Positions 1-6,804 of a stretch of 13,298 nucleotides of DNA are shown here, in pieces. The DNA is from Myxococcales bacterium (GTDB taxonomy: Bacteria > Myxococcota > Myxococcia > Myxococcales > Anaeromyxobacteraceae), in contig JBBQEB010000108.1 in NCBI GenBank assembly GCA_038320275.1, positions 1 to 13,298 of the forward strand. The letters run 5' to 3'. Within the stretch, counting starts at the first letter, position 1; each line of letters begins with the position of its first letter. Both the position numbers and the translations under genes were made by a program. A model generated the notes under the pieces. It was given only the letters and a program-made list of their open reading frames with translations. It had not been told where the DNA came from and made no database searches.

Positions 1-1260
1 GTGATCGCCCGAGAGGCCGAAGCGGCAGCGCTCCATGGCCGTGAGCTCGCCGGTGCGCTCGTCCACCCACGGCACCTTCTGGACCGCGCCCACCGAGAGG
101 ATGCCCGCCTCGGGCGGGTTGATGATGGCGTAGAAGGCCTCGATGCCGAACATGCCGAGGTTGCTCACCGTGAACGAGGCGCCCTGGTACTCCTCCGGCT
201 TCAGCCGCCGATCGCGGGCGCGTCGGGCGAGCTCCTTCGCGGCTCGCGCCAGCTCGAAGACGGAGGTCCGATCGACGTCGCGCAGCACCGGCGTCATGAG
301 CCCTTCCTCCACCGCCACCGCCATGCCGACGTGCACCGCGCCGTGGCGGACGATGGACTCGCCGCCCCAGGCCGCGTTCACCTCGGGGTGGCGCGTCAGC
401 GCGTCGGCGACCGCCTTCAGGATGAGGTCGTTCAGCGAGACCTCTCCCTGGCCAAGCTCGTTGAGCTCCTCCCGCAGCGCCACCGCGCGGCGCATGTCGG
501 CGGAGATCTCCAGATAGAAGTGCGGCGAGCCGGGCTTCGCCACGCCGAGATTGCGCGCGATGGCCTTGCGCATGGGCGAGAGCGGCAGCGACTCCTCGCG
601 GAGAGGCACCTTGGGCGGAAGCGGGCGCTTCTTGCGCACGGCAGGCGACGCGGCGGCGGTGACCGGAGCGGGCGGTGCCGCGTCGATATCGGCGAGCACG
701 ATCCGGCCGCCGGGACCCGAGCCCCGCATCGCGGAGAGGTCGAGACCACGCTCCCGGGCCGCCTTGCGGGCGGCAGGCGATGCGATGATGCGGCCCGCCA
801 GCCGGGTCTCCCCGGAGGCGCCGGCAGGCTGGGGCATCGCCGGGCCGGGGCGGGCGGGGGCCGGAGCGGGAGGAGGCGGGGCGGGCGCCGGGGCCTGCGG
901 CGCGGCGGGCGGGGGCGCCTCCTTCACCGGCTGCGTCGATGCGTGCGAAACCTCGCCGCCGGCGATCGTCTCCTTGGCGGCGTCGGGCGAGGCCGCTGGC
1001 GCCGCGTCGGGCACCTTTTCGCCCCGCGCGCCCACCCACGCGATGGGCGACCCCACGGGCGCCGTCTCGCCCTTGGGGACCAGCACCGCCAGGAGAACGC
1101 CCGACTCGAAGGCCTCGATGTCGAGCGTCGCCTTCTCCGTCTCCACCTGCGCCACCACCTCGCCCGCCTTGACCTCGTCGCCCGCCTTCTTCAACCAGTC
1201 GGCGATCTTGCCCTCGGTCATCTCGTCCGAGAGCTTCGGCATGTTGATCGGCTTCGGCAT
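1..1260 (-). CDS. pdhC: Pyruvate dehydrogenase E2, dihydrolipoamide acetyltransferase (3' end runs off the window)
   Basis: Not in the ORF track; translated by hand from ATG at 1260. MPKPINMPKLSDEMTEGKIADWLKKAGDEVKAGEVVAQVETEKATLDIEAFESG is a lipoyl domain. It is followed by an Ala/Pro-rich linker, a peripheral-subunit-binding domain (ASPAARKAARERGLDLSAMRGSGPGGRI) and a catalytic domain (FTVSNLGMFGIEAFYAIINPPEAGILSVG...LSGDH, the DH of the DHR motif lying at the window edge). Directly downstream of pdhB. Confidence 0.96.
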   Translation of the reverse strand, partial: MPKPINMPKLSDEMTEGKIADWLKKAGDEVKAGEVVAQVETEKATLDIEAFESGVLLAVLVPKGETAPVGSPIAWVGARGEKVPDAAPAASPDAAKETIAGGEVSHASTQPVKEAPPPAAPQAPAPAPPPPAPAPARPGPAMPQPAGASGETRLAGRIIASPAARKAARERGLDLSAMRGSGPGGRIVLADIDAAPPAPVTAAASPAVRKKRPLPPKVPLREESLPLSPMRKAIARNLGVAKPGSPHFYLEISADMRRAVALREELNELGQGEVSLNDLILKAVADALTRHPEVNAAWGGESIVRHGAVHVGMAVAVEEGLMTPVLRDVDRTSVFELARAAKELARRARDRRLKPEEYQGASFTVSNLGMFGIEAFYAIINPPEAGILSVGAVQKVPWVDERTGELTAMERCRFGLSGDH

Positions 1261-1298
1261 CGCGGGATCGTCCTCGTCTTCGGTGAAGGCGTGTGAGG

Positions 1299-2282
1299 TC
1301 AGGCGCGGCGGTAGAGGACCTGCTTGCACGCCTCGACGACGCGCTCGGCGTTGGGCAGGACCGCGTGCTCGAGCGGCTTCGCGTAGGGCATGGGGACGTC
1401 GCGGCCGGTGACCCGCAGCACGGGGGCGTCGAGGTCGTCGAAGGCGTGGCGCTGGACCGAGTCGGCGATCTGCGCGCCGGAACCCATCCACGGCCACCCC
1501 TCCTCGACGATGACGCACCGGTGCGTGCGCGCCACCGAGCCGAGCACGGCGCGGAGGTCGAAGGGGCGCAAGGTCCGCGGGTCGATCACCGCCGCCTGGA
1601 TCCCCTCCTGCTCCAGCAGGGCCGCTGCCTGCAGGGCGACGAAGCGCATCTTCTGCCAGGCCACGATGGTGACGTCCCCGCCGTCGCGCACCAGGTCGGA
1701 CTGGCCGAAGGGGATGAGGATCTCGCCCTCCTCCACCTCGCCCTTCGAGCCGTACAGCACCTCCGACTCCATGAAGACCACCGGGTCGTCGTCGCGGATG
1801 GCGGTCTTGAGGAGCCCCTTCGCGTCGCGGGGCGTGGCCGGCACGGCCACCTTGAGGCCCGGGATGTACGCGTAGATGTTCTCGAAGACCTGCGAGTGCT
1901 GGGAGGCGAGCTGGTGCGCGGCGCCCTGGGCCCCGCGGAACACCACCGGGCAGGTGAGCTGACCGCCCGACATGGTCCGCATCTTGGCGGCGTGATTCAC
2001 GATCTGGTCGTAGGCCAGCAGCGCGAAGTTCCAGGTCATGAACTCGATGATCGGGCGCAGGCCCGCGATGGCTGCGCCGACGCCGAGCCCTCCGAATCCG
2101 AGCTCCGAGATGGGACTGTCCACCACGCGCCAGGGGCCGAACTCCTTCAGCAGCCCCTGCGAGACCTTGTAGGCGCCGTTGTACTGGCCGACCTCCTCGC
2201 CCAGGAGGAAGACGCGGTCGTCGCGCGCCATCTCCTCGCGCATCGCCTGGTTGAGCGCTTCGCGGTAGGAGAGCACGGGCAT
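1299..2282 (-). CDS. pdhB: Pyruvate dehydrogenase E1 beta subunit (327 aa)
   Basis: Typical E1-beta sequence: YREALNQAMREEM, LGEEVGQYNGAYKVSQGL, DSPISELGF, GLRPIIEFMTWNF, ASQHSQ, IDPRTLRPFD, DVPMPYAKPLE. Start placed at ATG 2282 (MPVLSYREAL) rather than 2354, because E1-beta homology begins there. Confidence 0.96.
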   Translation of the reverse strand: MPVLSYREALNQAMREEMARDDRVFLLGEEVGQYNGAYKVSQGLLKEFGPWRVVDSPISELGFGGLGVGAAIAGLRPIIEFMTWNFALLAYDQIVNHAAKMRTMSGGQLTCPVVFRGAQGAAHQLASQHSQVFENIYAYIPGLKVAVPATPRDAKGLLKTAIRDDDPVVFMESEVLYGSKGEVEEGEILIPFGQSDLVRDGGDVTIVAWQKMRFVALQAAALLEQEGIQAAVIDPRTLRPFDLRAVLGSVARTHRCVIVEEGWPWMGSGAQIADSVQRHAFDDLDAPVLRVTGRDVPMPYAKPLEHAVLPNAERVVEACKQVLYRRA

Positions 2283-2288
2283 GCTGCC

Positions 2289-2317
2289 GTTCTTGCGGCG
2301 GCGCTCTGGACCCGCAA
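2289..2317 (-). promoter_or_regulatory. Possible weak sigma70-type promoter for pdhB-pdhC (leaderless geometry)
   Basis: Minus strand reads TTGCGG-N17-AAGAAC-N6-ATG. Both hexamers match consensus poorly, but the spacing is identical to that upstream of pdhA, and there is no Shine-Dalgarno. Confidence 0.3.
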
Positions 2318-2418
2318 CGAAAAGCCTCGCGAGGGGGGTGGAACCGCTCGCCATTCTGGGGGAGAGTCCCTCGAGGGCTCTATTTCTGAGTGCCCAGGAT
2401 CACCTCGACGCGCCTCGC

Positions 2419-2424
2419 GGAGGA
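2419..2424 (+). promoter_or_regulatory. Ribosome-binding site of the decaheme cytochrome gene
   Basis: GGAGGA 7 nt upstream of ATG 2432. Confidence 0.75.
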
Positions 2425-2431
2425 TGTGGAC

Positions 2432-4852
2432 ATGCGGTTTACGACCTGTGAACTCTCGGCGGCGGCCCTGGCGGCCGTCCTCGCGCTGGCCGGCCCAGCC
2501 TGCACGGGCAGCCGCGGTGATCCCGGGCCTGCCGGGCCGGCCGGTCCCGCCGCCGCCGACGGCGGAGCTGCGGGCGCGATCAACACGGCCGCGCGGGGGC
2601 AGAACCTCGCGGCATCGCTCACGGCGGCCCGGGTCACCTCCGACGGGCACCTGCAGGTGGACTACGCCCTGGCGGACGCCGAGGGTGCCCCGGTCGCGGC
2701 CACCTCCGACCTCTCCAACAGCTGGGTCGCGGGCGTCCTCGGGACGACGGACGCCGCGAACGGCAGCCTCCCCGCCTGGCAGAGCCTCGTCATGACCACC
2801 GCCGCCGCGCCCGCGGTGCCAGTGCCCACCTCCGAGTCGAAGGGCACGGTGGAGGACCTCGGCGGCGGCAAGTTCCGCTACACCTTCGATGCTGCCCTGC
2901 CGGCCGGTTACGACAAGAACGCGACCTATCGGGTGGGGCTCTTCTCCCGCCGGCCACTGCCCGGCGTCACTCCGGCCGAGGCGAGCACCTACGACATCGC
3001 CAACGCGGTGCTCGACTTCGTGCCCGCGGGCGGCACTGCCGCCCCTCACGACATGGTGTCGAACCAGGCGTGCAACACCTGCCACGGGATCATCCAGGCG
3101 CACGGCGGCTTCCGCCGCGAGACCCGGCTCTGCGCCGTCTGCCACACCACCCAGCTCGTCAACGCCGGGACGACCGACACCGCCGATCCCAGCCAGCCCA
3201 ACGTGCTCGACTTCGGCCGCATGACGCACCGGATCCACATGGGCAAGGCGCTGCCCTCGGTGGTGGACGCCGCGGCCAAGAAGGACACCGCCTGGAGCTA
3301 CGGCATCGCGAGCCGCTTCGCGCCCACGCCGCCCGGAAAGTTCGTGTACGGCGGCGTCTGCCCGGATCCGGCCAAGCCGGGCGTCGCCGGCGCGGTGGTC
3401 GCCTGCGGAGTGGGCTTCCCCCAGGACATTCGCAACTGCGCCGCCTGCCACGCACCGCAGCTCGATCCGCAGGGCAACGCGCAGTACGCTACCCAGGCGA
3501 ACGACTGGCAGACGTCCGTCTCGCGCCGCACCTGCCAGGGCTGCCACGACTCCTCCTGGTTCGCAAACGGCACGCCCCCGGTCCACCACGTGGTGCACCA
3601 GCAGGCCTCGAATCCGGGGGATGCGTCGGCCACCGGCTTGCCGCTGGCCGATGACACCTCCTGCAAGGGATGCCACCCCGCTTCAGGGTCGAACAACCGC
3701 GGGGCCATGGTGCAGGGGCACACGGCTCCGCTGCTCTCCTCGGAGCTGAACCCGATCACCCTGAAGATCCCCTCCGCGATCGCCCGTGCCACCTCGGTGG
3801 CGGTGACCGTCTCGGTCGCCAACGCCGACGGAACTCCGGTGACGGATCTTTCGACGCTCGACAACGCGGCCGTGGTGGTCTCCTGCCCGACCACGCCCGA
3901 CTACTCCGTGTCGCACAACGCGAGCTCCGCGGTGGTGAGGGTGCAGTTCGCCGGGCGGGGGTCCACCGCCCCCGCTGCGGGCGGAGCGCCCGGCACCTAC
4001 GTCGTGACGGCGCCGCTTCCGGCCGGGGTGGCGGGCAGCACGCCCTGCGCCGCCGGCGCGGAGGCCCGGCGGGTCAACGCCGCGCTGACGGTCCAGGAGC
4101 GCCGCCTCGGCAACCTCAGCGCCACCGCCAGCTTCGAGGAGTTCGCGCTCAACCCGGTGGCGTACTTCAACGCGAGCGGCACCGGCCCCGCGCCCGCGCG
4201 CCGCACGGTGGTGACGATCGAGAAGTGCAACGCCTGCCACGGCGTGCTGTCCCTGCACGGCGGGCTCCGGCACAACCCGGAGTACTGCGCCATGTGCCAC
4301 GCGCCGGACGCCACCGACGTGAACGGCGCGGGCGGGACGGCCACCACCGGCCGGCCGACCGGCGCGCCGACGGGCACGGTCGACCTGCTCGCCGCGCGCT
4401 CCATCCACCTGAAGCCGATGATCCACCAGATCCACACCGGCGAGGAGCTCCAAGTCAACAGCCCCTACATCATCTACGGCTTCGGCAGCGCCGCGAACGC
4501 CCTCGGCGAGGTCCGCTATCCCGGCACCCGCGCGAACTGCGCCGCCTGCCACCAGGGAGCGACGTACACGGTGGACTCCATCCCCGCCGGCGCGCCACCC
4601 ACGGTCGCGCTCCAGACCGGCGCCTCCACCCGCAACGCGGCGGGGGTCGTGACGGCAGGCGGGGTCACCGAGACGGTGGGTCCGGTCACCTCCGCCTGCG
4701 TCTCCTGCCACGACTCGCCCAGCGCGCACGCGCACGCCAAGGCGAACACGCTCGCGTCGGGCGGGGCCCAGCTCGAGACCTGTAGCGTCTGCCACGGCGA
4801 GTCCTCCCGAGCGGCGCCGGTGGGCAAGGTGCACGCCGCCTACGCGCGGTAA
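2432..4852 (+). CDS. OmcA/MtrC-family decaheme c-type cytochrome, probable surface lipoprotein (806 aa)
   Basis: Ten CXXCH motifs in two blocks of five (CNTCH, CAVCH, CAACH, CQGCH, CKGCH / CNACH, CAMCH, CAACH, CVSCH, CSVCH), each block preceded by a heme-free domain. Paired family-like motifs AHGGFR/LHGGLR, MTHRIHMG/MIHQIHTG and FPQDIRNC/YPGTRANC. Hydrophobic signal peptide ending at Cys24, then a Gly-X-Y repeat. Start at ATG 2432 is supported by the GGAGGA RBS. Confidence 0.92.
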   Translation: MRFTTCELSAAALAAVLALAGPACTGSRGDPGPAGPAGPAAADGGAAGAINTAARGQNLAASLTAARVTSDGHLQVDYALADAEGAPVAATSDLSNSWVAGVLGTTDAANGSLPAWQSLVMTTAAAPAVPVPTSESKGTVEDLGGGKFRYTFDAALPAGYDKNATYRVGLFSRRPLPGVTPAEASTYDIANAVLDFVPAGGTAAPHDMVSNQACNTCHGIIQAHGGFRRETRLCAVCHTTQLVNAGTTDTADPSQPNVLDFGRMTHRIHMGKALPSVVDAAAKKDTAWSYGIASRFAPTPPGKFVYGGVCPDPAKPGVAGAVVACGVGFPQDIRNCAACHAPQLDPQGNAQYATQANDWQTSVSRRTCQGCHDSSWFANGTPPVHHVVHQQASNPGDASATGLPLADDTSCKGCHPASGSNNRGAMVQGHTAPLLSSELNPITLKIPSAIARATSVAVTVSVANADGTPVTDLSTLDNAAVVVSCPTTPDYSVSHNASSAVVRVQFAGRGSTAPAAGGAPGTYVVTAPLPAGVAGSTPCAAGAEARRVNAALTVQERRLGNLSATASFEEFALNPVAYFNASGTGPAPARRTVVTIEKCNACHGVLSLHGGLRHNPEYCAMCHAPDATDVNGAGGTATTGRPTGAPTGTVDLLAARSIHLKPMIHQIHTGEELQVNSPYIIYGFGSAANALGEVRYPGTRANCAACHQGATYTVDSIPAGAPPTVALQTGASTRNAAGVVTAGGVTETVGPVTSACVSCHDSPSAHAHAKANTLASGGAQLETCSVCHGESSRAAPVGKVHAAYAR
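2507..2551 (+). repeat. Short collagen-like (Gly-X-Y)5 repeat after the putative lipidated Cys
   Basis: Encodes GSR-GDP-GPA-GPA-GPA. Confidence 0.75.
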
Positions 4853-4876
4853 CAGGGGGAACGGAGCGACAGCGCG

Positions 4877-4911
4877 CGAAGCCCTTCTCCCTGTCGGGGG
4901 CAAGGGCTTCG
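4877..4911. terminator. Stem-loop between the convergent cytochrome and pdhA genes; probable (bidirectional) terminator
   Basis: Perfect 10-bp inverted repeat CGAAGCCCTT (4877-4886) / AAGGGCTTCG (4902-4911) with extra inner TCCC/GGGG pairing, 24 nt after the cytochrome stop. No long U-tract. Confidence 0.65.
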
Positions 4912-4997
4912 TCGCGAGTGGGACCCACGTCGGGGAGCGGCGGTCGCTTCCGCGGGCGCGGAGCGCCGTCGCAGGACTCTTGCGCGGCCCCCCCGGA

Positions 4998-6026
4998 TCA
5001 GATCTCCCGGTGCATGGCGGGGTCGTCCCGGGACGCGTACACGTCGTCCCAGATGACCTTGGGGTCGGGGGCTGGCCCTTCCTCTGCGGCGCGCACCGCC
5101 GCCTGGATGCGCTTTCCGATCTCGCCGTCGATGTCCTCCAGCTCCGGCTGAGACAGCTCCGCCCCCGCCTCGCGCGCATGTCCCAGGAGCACGTCGAGCG
5201 GGTCCCGCTTCTTCTCGCGCTCGACCTCCTCGCGCGTGCGGTAGGTGGCGGGATCGGCCATGGAGTGGCCGCGGTAGCGATAGGTCCGCGCCTCCAGCAG
5301 GACCGGCTTGCCACCATCGGGCCGGCACTCGGCGGCCGCGCGCCGCACCGCGTCCCGCACCGCGAGCACGTCCATGCCATCCACCAGCTCGCCGCGGATG
5401 TCGTGCGCGCAGGCGCGCCGCCACACGTCGGTCACGGCCGAGCTCCGCTCGATGGAGGTCCCCATGCCGTACCGGTTGTTCTCGCAGATGAAGACGATGG
5501 GGAGCTTCCAGACCGCCGCCATGTTGAGCGACTCCCAGAAGGCGCCGTTGTTCACCGCCGCCTCTCCGAAGAGGCACACCACCACCCCGTCCTTGCGGGC
5601 GTAGCGCTGCGCGAAGGCCACGCCCAGGGCGAGCGGGATCTGTCCTGCCACGATGCCATAGCCGCCGAGGTTGTGTCGGGGGATGTCGAACATGTGCATC
5701 GACCCGCCCTTGCCCTTGGAGATCCCGTTCGCCTTCCCGTAGAGCTCGGACATGACGCGCTCCGGCTCGGTGCCCCAGGCGAGCGTGTGGCCGTGGTCGC
5801 GGTAGCCGTTCACGAGGTAGTCGCGGGCGGGATCGAGCGCGACGTGCACGCCGACGCCCACCGCCTCCTGGCCGATGTACAGGTGGCAAAAGCCACCGAT
5901 CTTCCCCTCGGTGTAGGCGCGACCTGCCGCCTCCTCGAAGCGCCGGAGGAGCAGCATGCGCCGGTAGAGATCCACCAGCTCCGGCTTCGACGGCCTCTCG
6001 GCTGCGTTCCCCTGTCCCTCGCCCAT
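4998..6026 (-). CDS. pdhA: Pyruvate dehydrogenase E1 alpha subunit
   Basis: RRFEEAAGRAYTEGKIGGFCHLYIGQEAV, YRDHGH, GKGGSMH, TPP-binding segment FGEAAVNNG...ENNRYGMGT, TYRYRGHSMADP..YRTREEV. Start is either ATG 6035 (ORF track) or ATG 6026, which the promoter geometry favours. Confidence 0.96.
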   Translation of the reverse strand: MGEGQGNAAERPSKPELVDLYRRMLLLRRFEEAAGRAYTEGKIGGFCHLYIGQEAVGVGVHVALDPARDYLVNGYRDHGHTLAWGTEPERVMSELYGKANGISKGKGGSMHMFDIPRHNLGGYGIVAGQIPLALGVAFAQRYARKDGVVVCLFGEAAVNNGAFWESLNMAAVWKLPIVFICENNRYGMGTSIERSSAVTDVWRRACAHDIRGELVDGMDVLAVRDAVRRAAAECRPDGGKPVLLEARTYRYRGHSMADPATYRTREEVEREKKRDPLDVLLGHAREAGAELSQPELEDIDGEIGKRIQAAVRAAEEGPAPDPKVIWDDVYASRDDPAMHREI

Positions 6027-6032
6027 GCGCCC

Positions 6033-6061
6033 CATGTAGGGAGGCGGGCGGCGGCGGTCAA
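6033..6061 (-). promoter_or_regulatory. Candidate sigma70 promoter giving a leaderless pdhA transcript
   Basis: TTGACC (6061-6056)-N17-TACATG (6038-6033)-N6-ATG (6026). No Shine-Dalgarno. The -35 overlaps the TGA stop of the upstream Nudix gene. Confidence 0.5.
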
Positions 6062-6780
6062 CGCGAAGCGGGCTTCACCCGCAGCGAAGTGAGCGAACCC
6101 TGGGCCTCCAGGCGCGCGGCCAGCCTGCGCAGCCCGAGCTCCGTCTTGGCGTCCTCGATCTCGCCCCGCTCGCAGGCCGCAAGAGCCTCCGCGAGGGTCC
6201 GCCAGCGCAGCTCGGCTCCCTCCTCCAGCGGTGAGCCGTCGCCCGTGCCGGGGGCGTCGAGGCGCGCAGGTTCTCCGGCGGCGCGCGGCACCTGGGCGCA
6301 GGCGAGGTGAATCTTCTCCGAGGCAATGCCCGGGAGCATGAAGAAGGGCCCGCCCAGGATCTCGATCCGGGCCGGGTCGAGCTCGATCCCGGCCTCCTCC
6401 CGGACCTCCTCCGCGGCGCGCCGGCGCAGCGCGTCGGCCCCCAGCTCCCCCGGTTCCAGGACACCCGCCACGAGCTCCTCGACGAGCAGGTACTCCCCCT
6501 CGGGAAGGGCAGTCGGCTTGCCCCGGCGAAAGTACGCGGCTGGCCTGAGCCCCCTGCGCGTCAGCACCTCCACCCGGTCATGTGTGACCTGCGCCCAGAC
6601 CACCACCCCCACCGCATCGAGCGTGGGCCGATCGATGAGGTCGATGGGATACTCGGCGGAGCGCGAGCCGTCCTCGCGCCGGTTGCGGGCGCGCAGGCGC
6701 TTCAGCCGGAGGAAGCCCTCGTCGCAGCGCGAGGTGGCGGTGCGATCCTCGACGACCTCGATGGCGGCGACGCGGGGCAT
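6058..6780 (-). CDS. Nudix-family hydrolase, ADP-ribose pyrophosphatase-like, with a divergent Nudix box
   Basis: ELVAGVLEPGE...AAEEVREEAGI resembles GX5EX7REUXEEXGU. Downstream PGIASEKIHL and GEIEDAKT resemble ADP-ribose pyrophosphatase C-terminal motifs. GAGG lies 8 nt before ATG 6780, which is 24 nt after the acnB stop. Confidence 0.8.
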   Translation of the reverse strand: MPRVAAIEVVEDRTATSRCDEGFLRLKRLRARNRREDGSRSAEYPIDLIDRPTLDAVGVVVWAQVTHDRVEVLTRRGLRPAAYFRRGKPTALPEGEYLLVEELVAGVLEPGELGADALRRRAAEEVREEAGIELDPARIEILGGPFFMLPGIASEKIHLACAQVPRAAGEPARLDAPGTGDGSPLEEGAELRWRTLAEALAACERGEIEDAKTELGLRRLAARLEAQGSLTSLRVKPASR

Positions 6781-6804
6781 GCTGGGCGCCTCGAAGGGCC
6801 GCGG

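Noticed and set aside
800..1010. Very GC-rich low-complexity stretch resembling a repeat
   Set aside because: Encodes the normal Ala/Pro-rich flexible linker of the E2 subunit.
1..1296. 431-aa plus-strand ORF at the window start (and 1293..2795, 4980..6092)
   Set aside because: Antisense shadows of pdhC, pdhB and pdhA; the real genes are on the minus strand.
2339..2352. Possible sigma54 promoter (TGGAAC...GC) upstream of the cytochrome
   Set aside because: GG-to-GC spacing is 8 nt, not the required 10, and the TTGC element is absent.
3071..4795. Internal duplication within the cytochrome (hemes 1-5 versus 6-10)
   Set aside because: Real, but it is the standard two-fold domain architecture of the OmcA/MtrC family, not a novelty.
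2283..4997. Mobile-element signature around the inserted cytochrome gene
   Set aside because: No transposase or integrase, terminal inverted repeats or convincing target-site duplication seen. Only short GC-rich similarities (GCGGCGGCGCT versus GCGGCGGTCGCT) that are expected by chance.
2147..5380. Long minus-strand ORFs (2147..3676, 3683..5380) that might keep the pdh operon continuous on one strand
   Set aside because: No motifs and low-complexity composition. The plus-strand frame has ten ordered CXXCH motifs, a signal peptide and an RBS.
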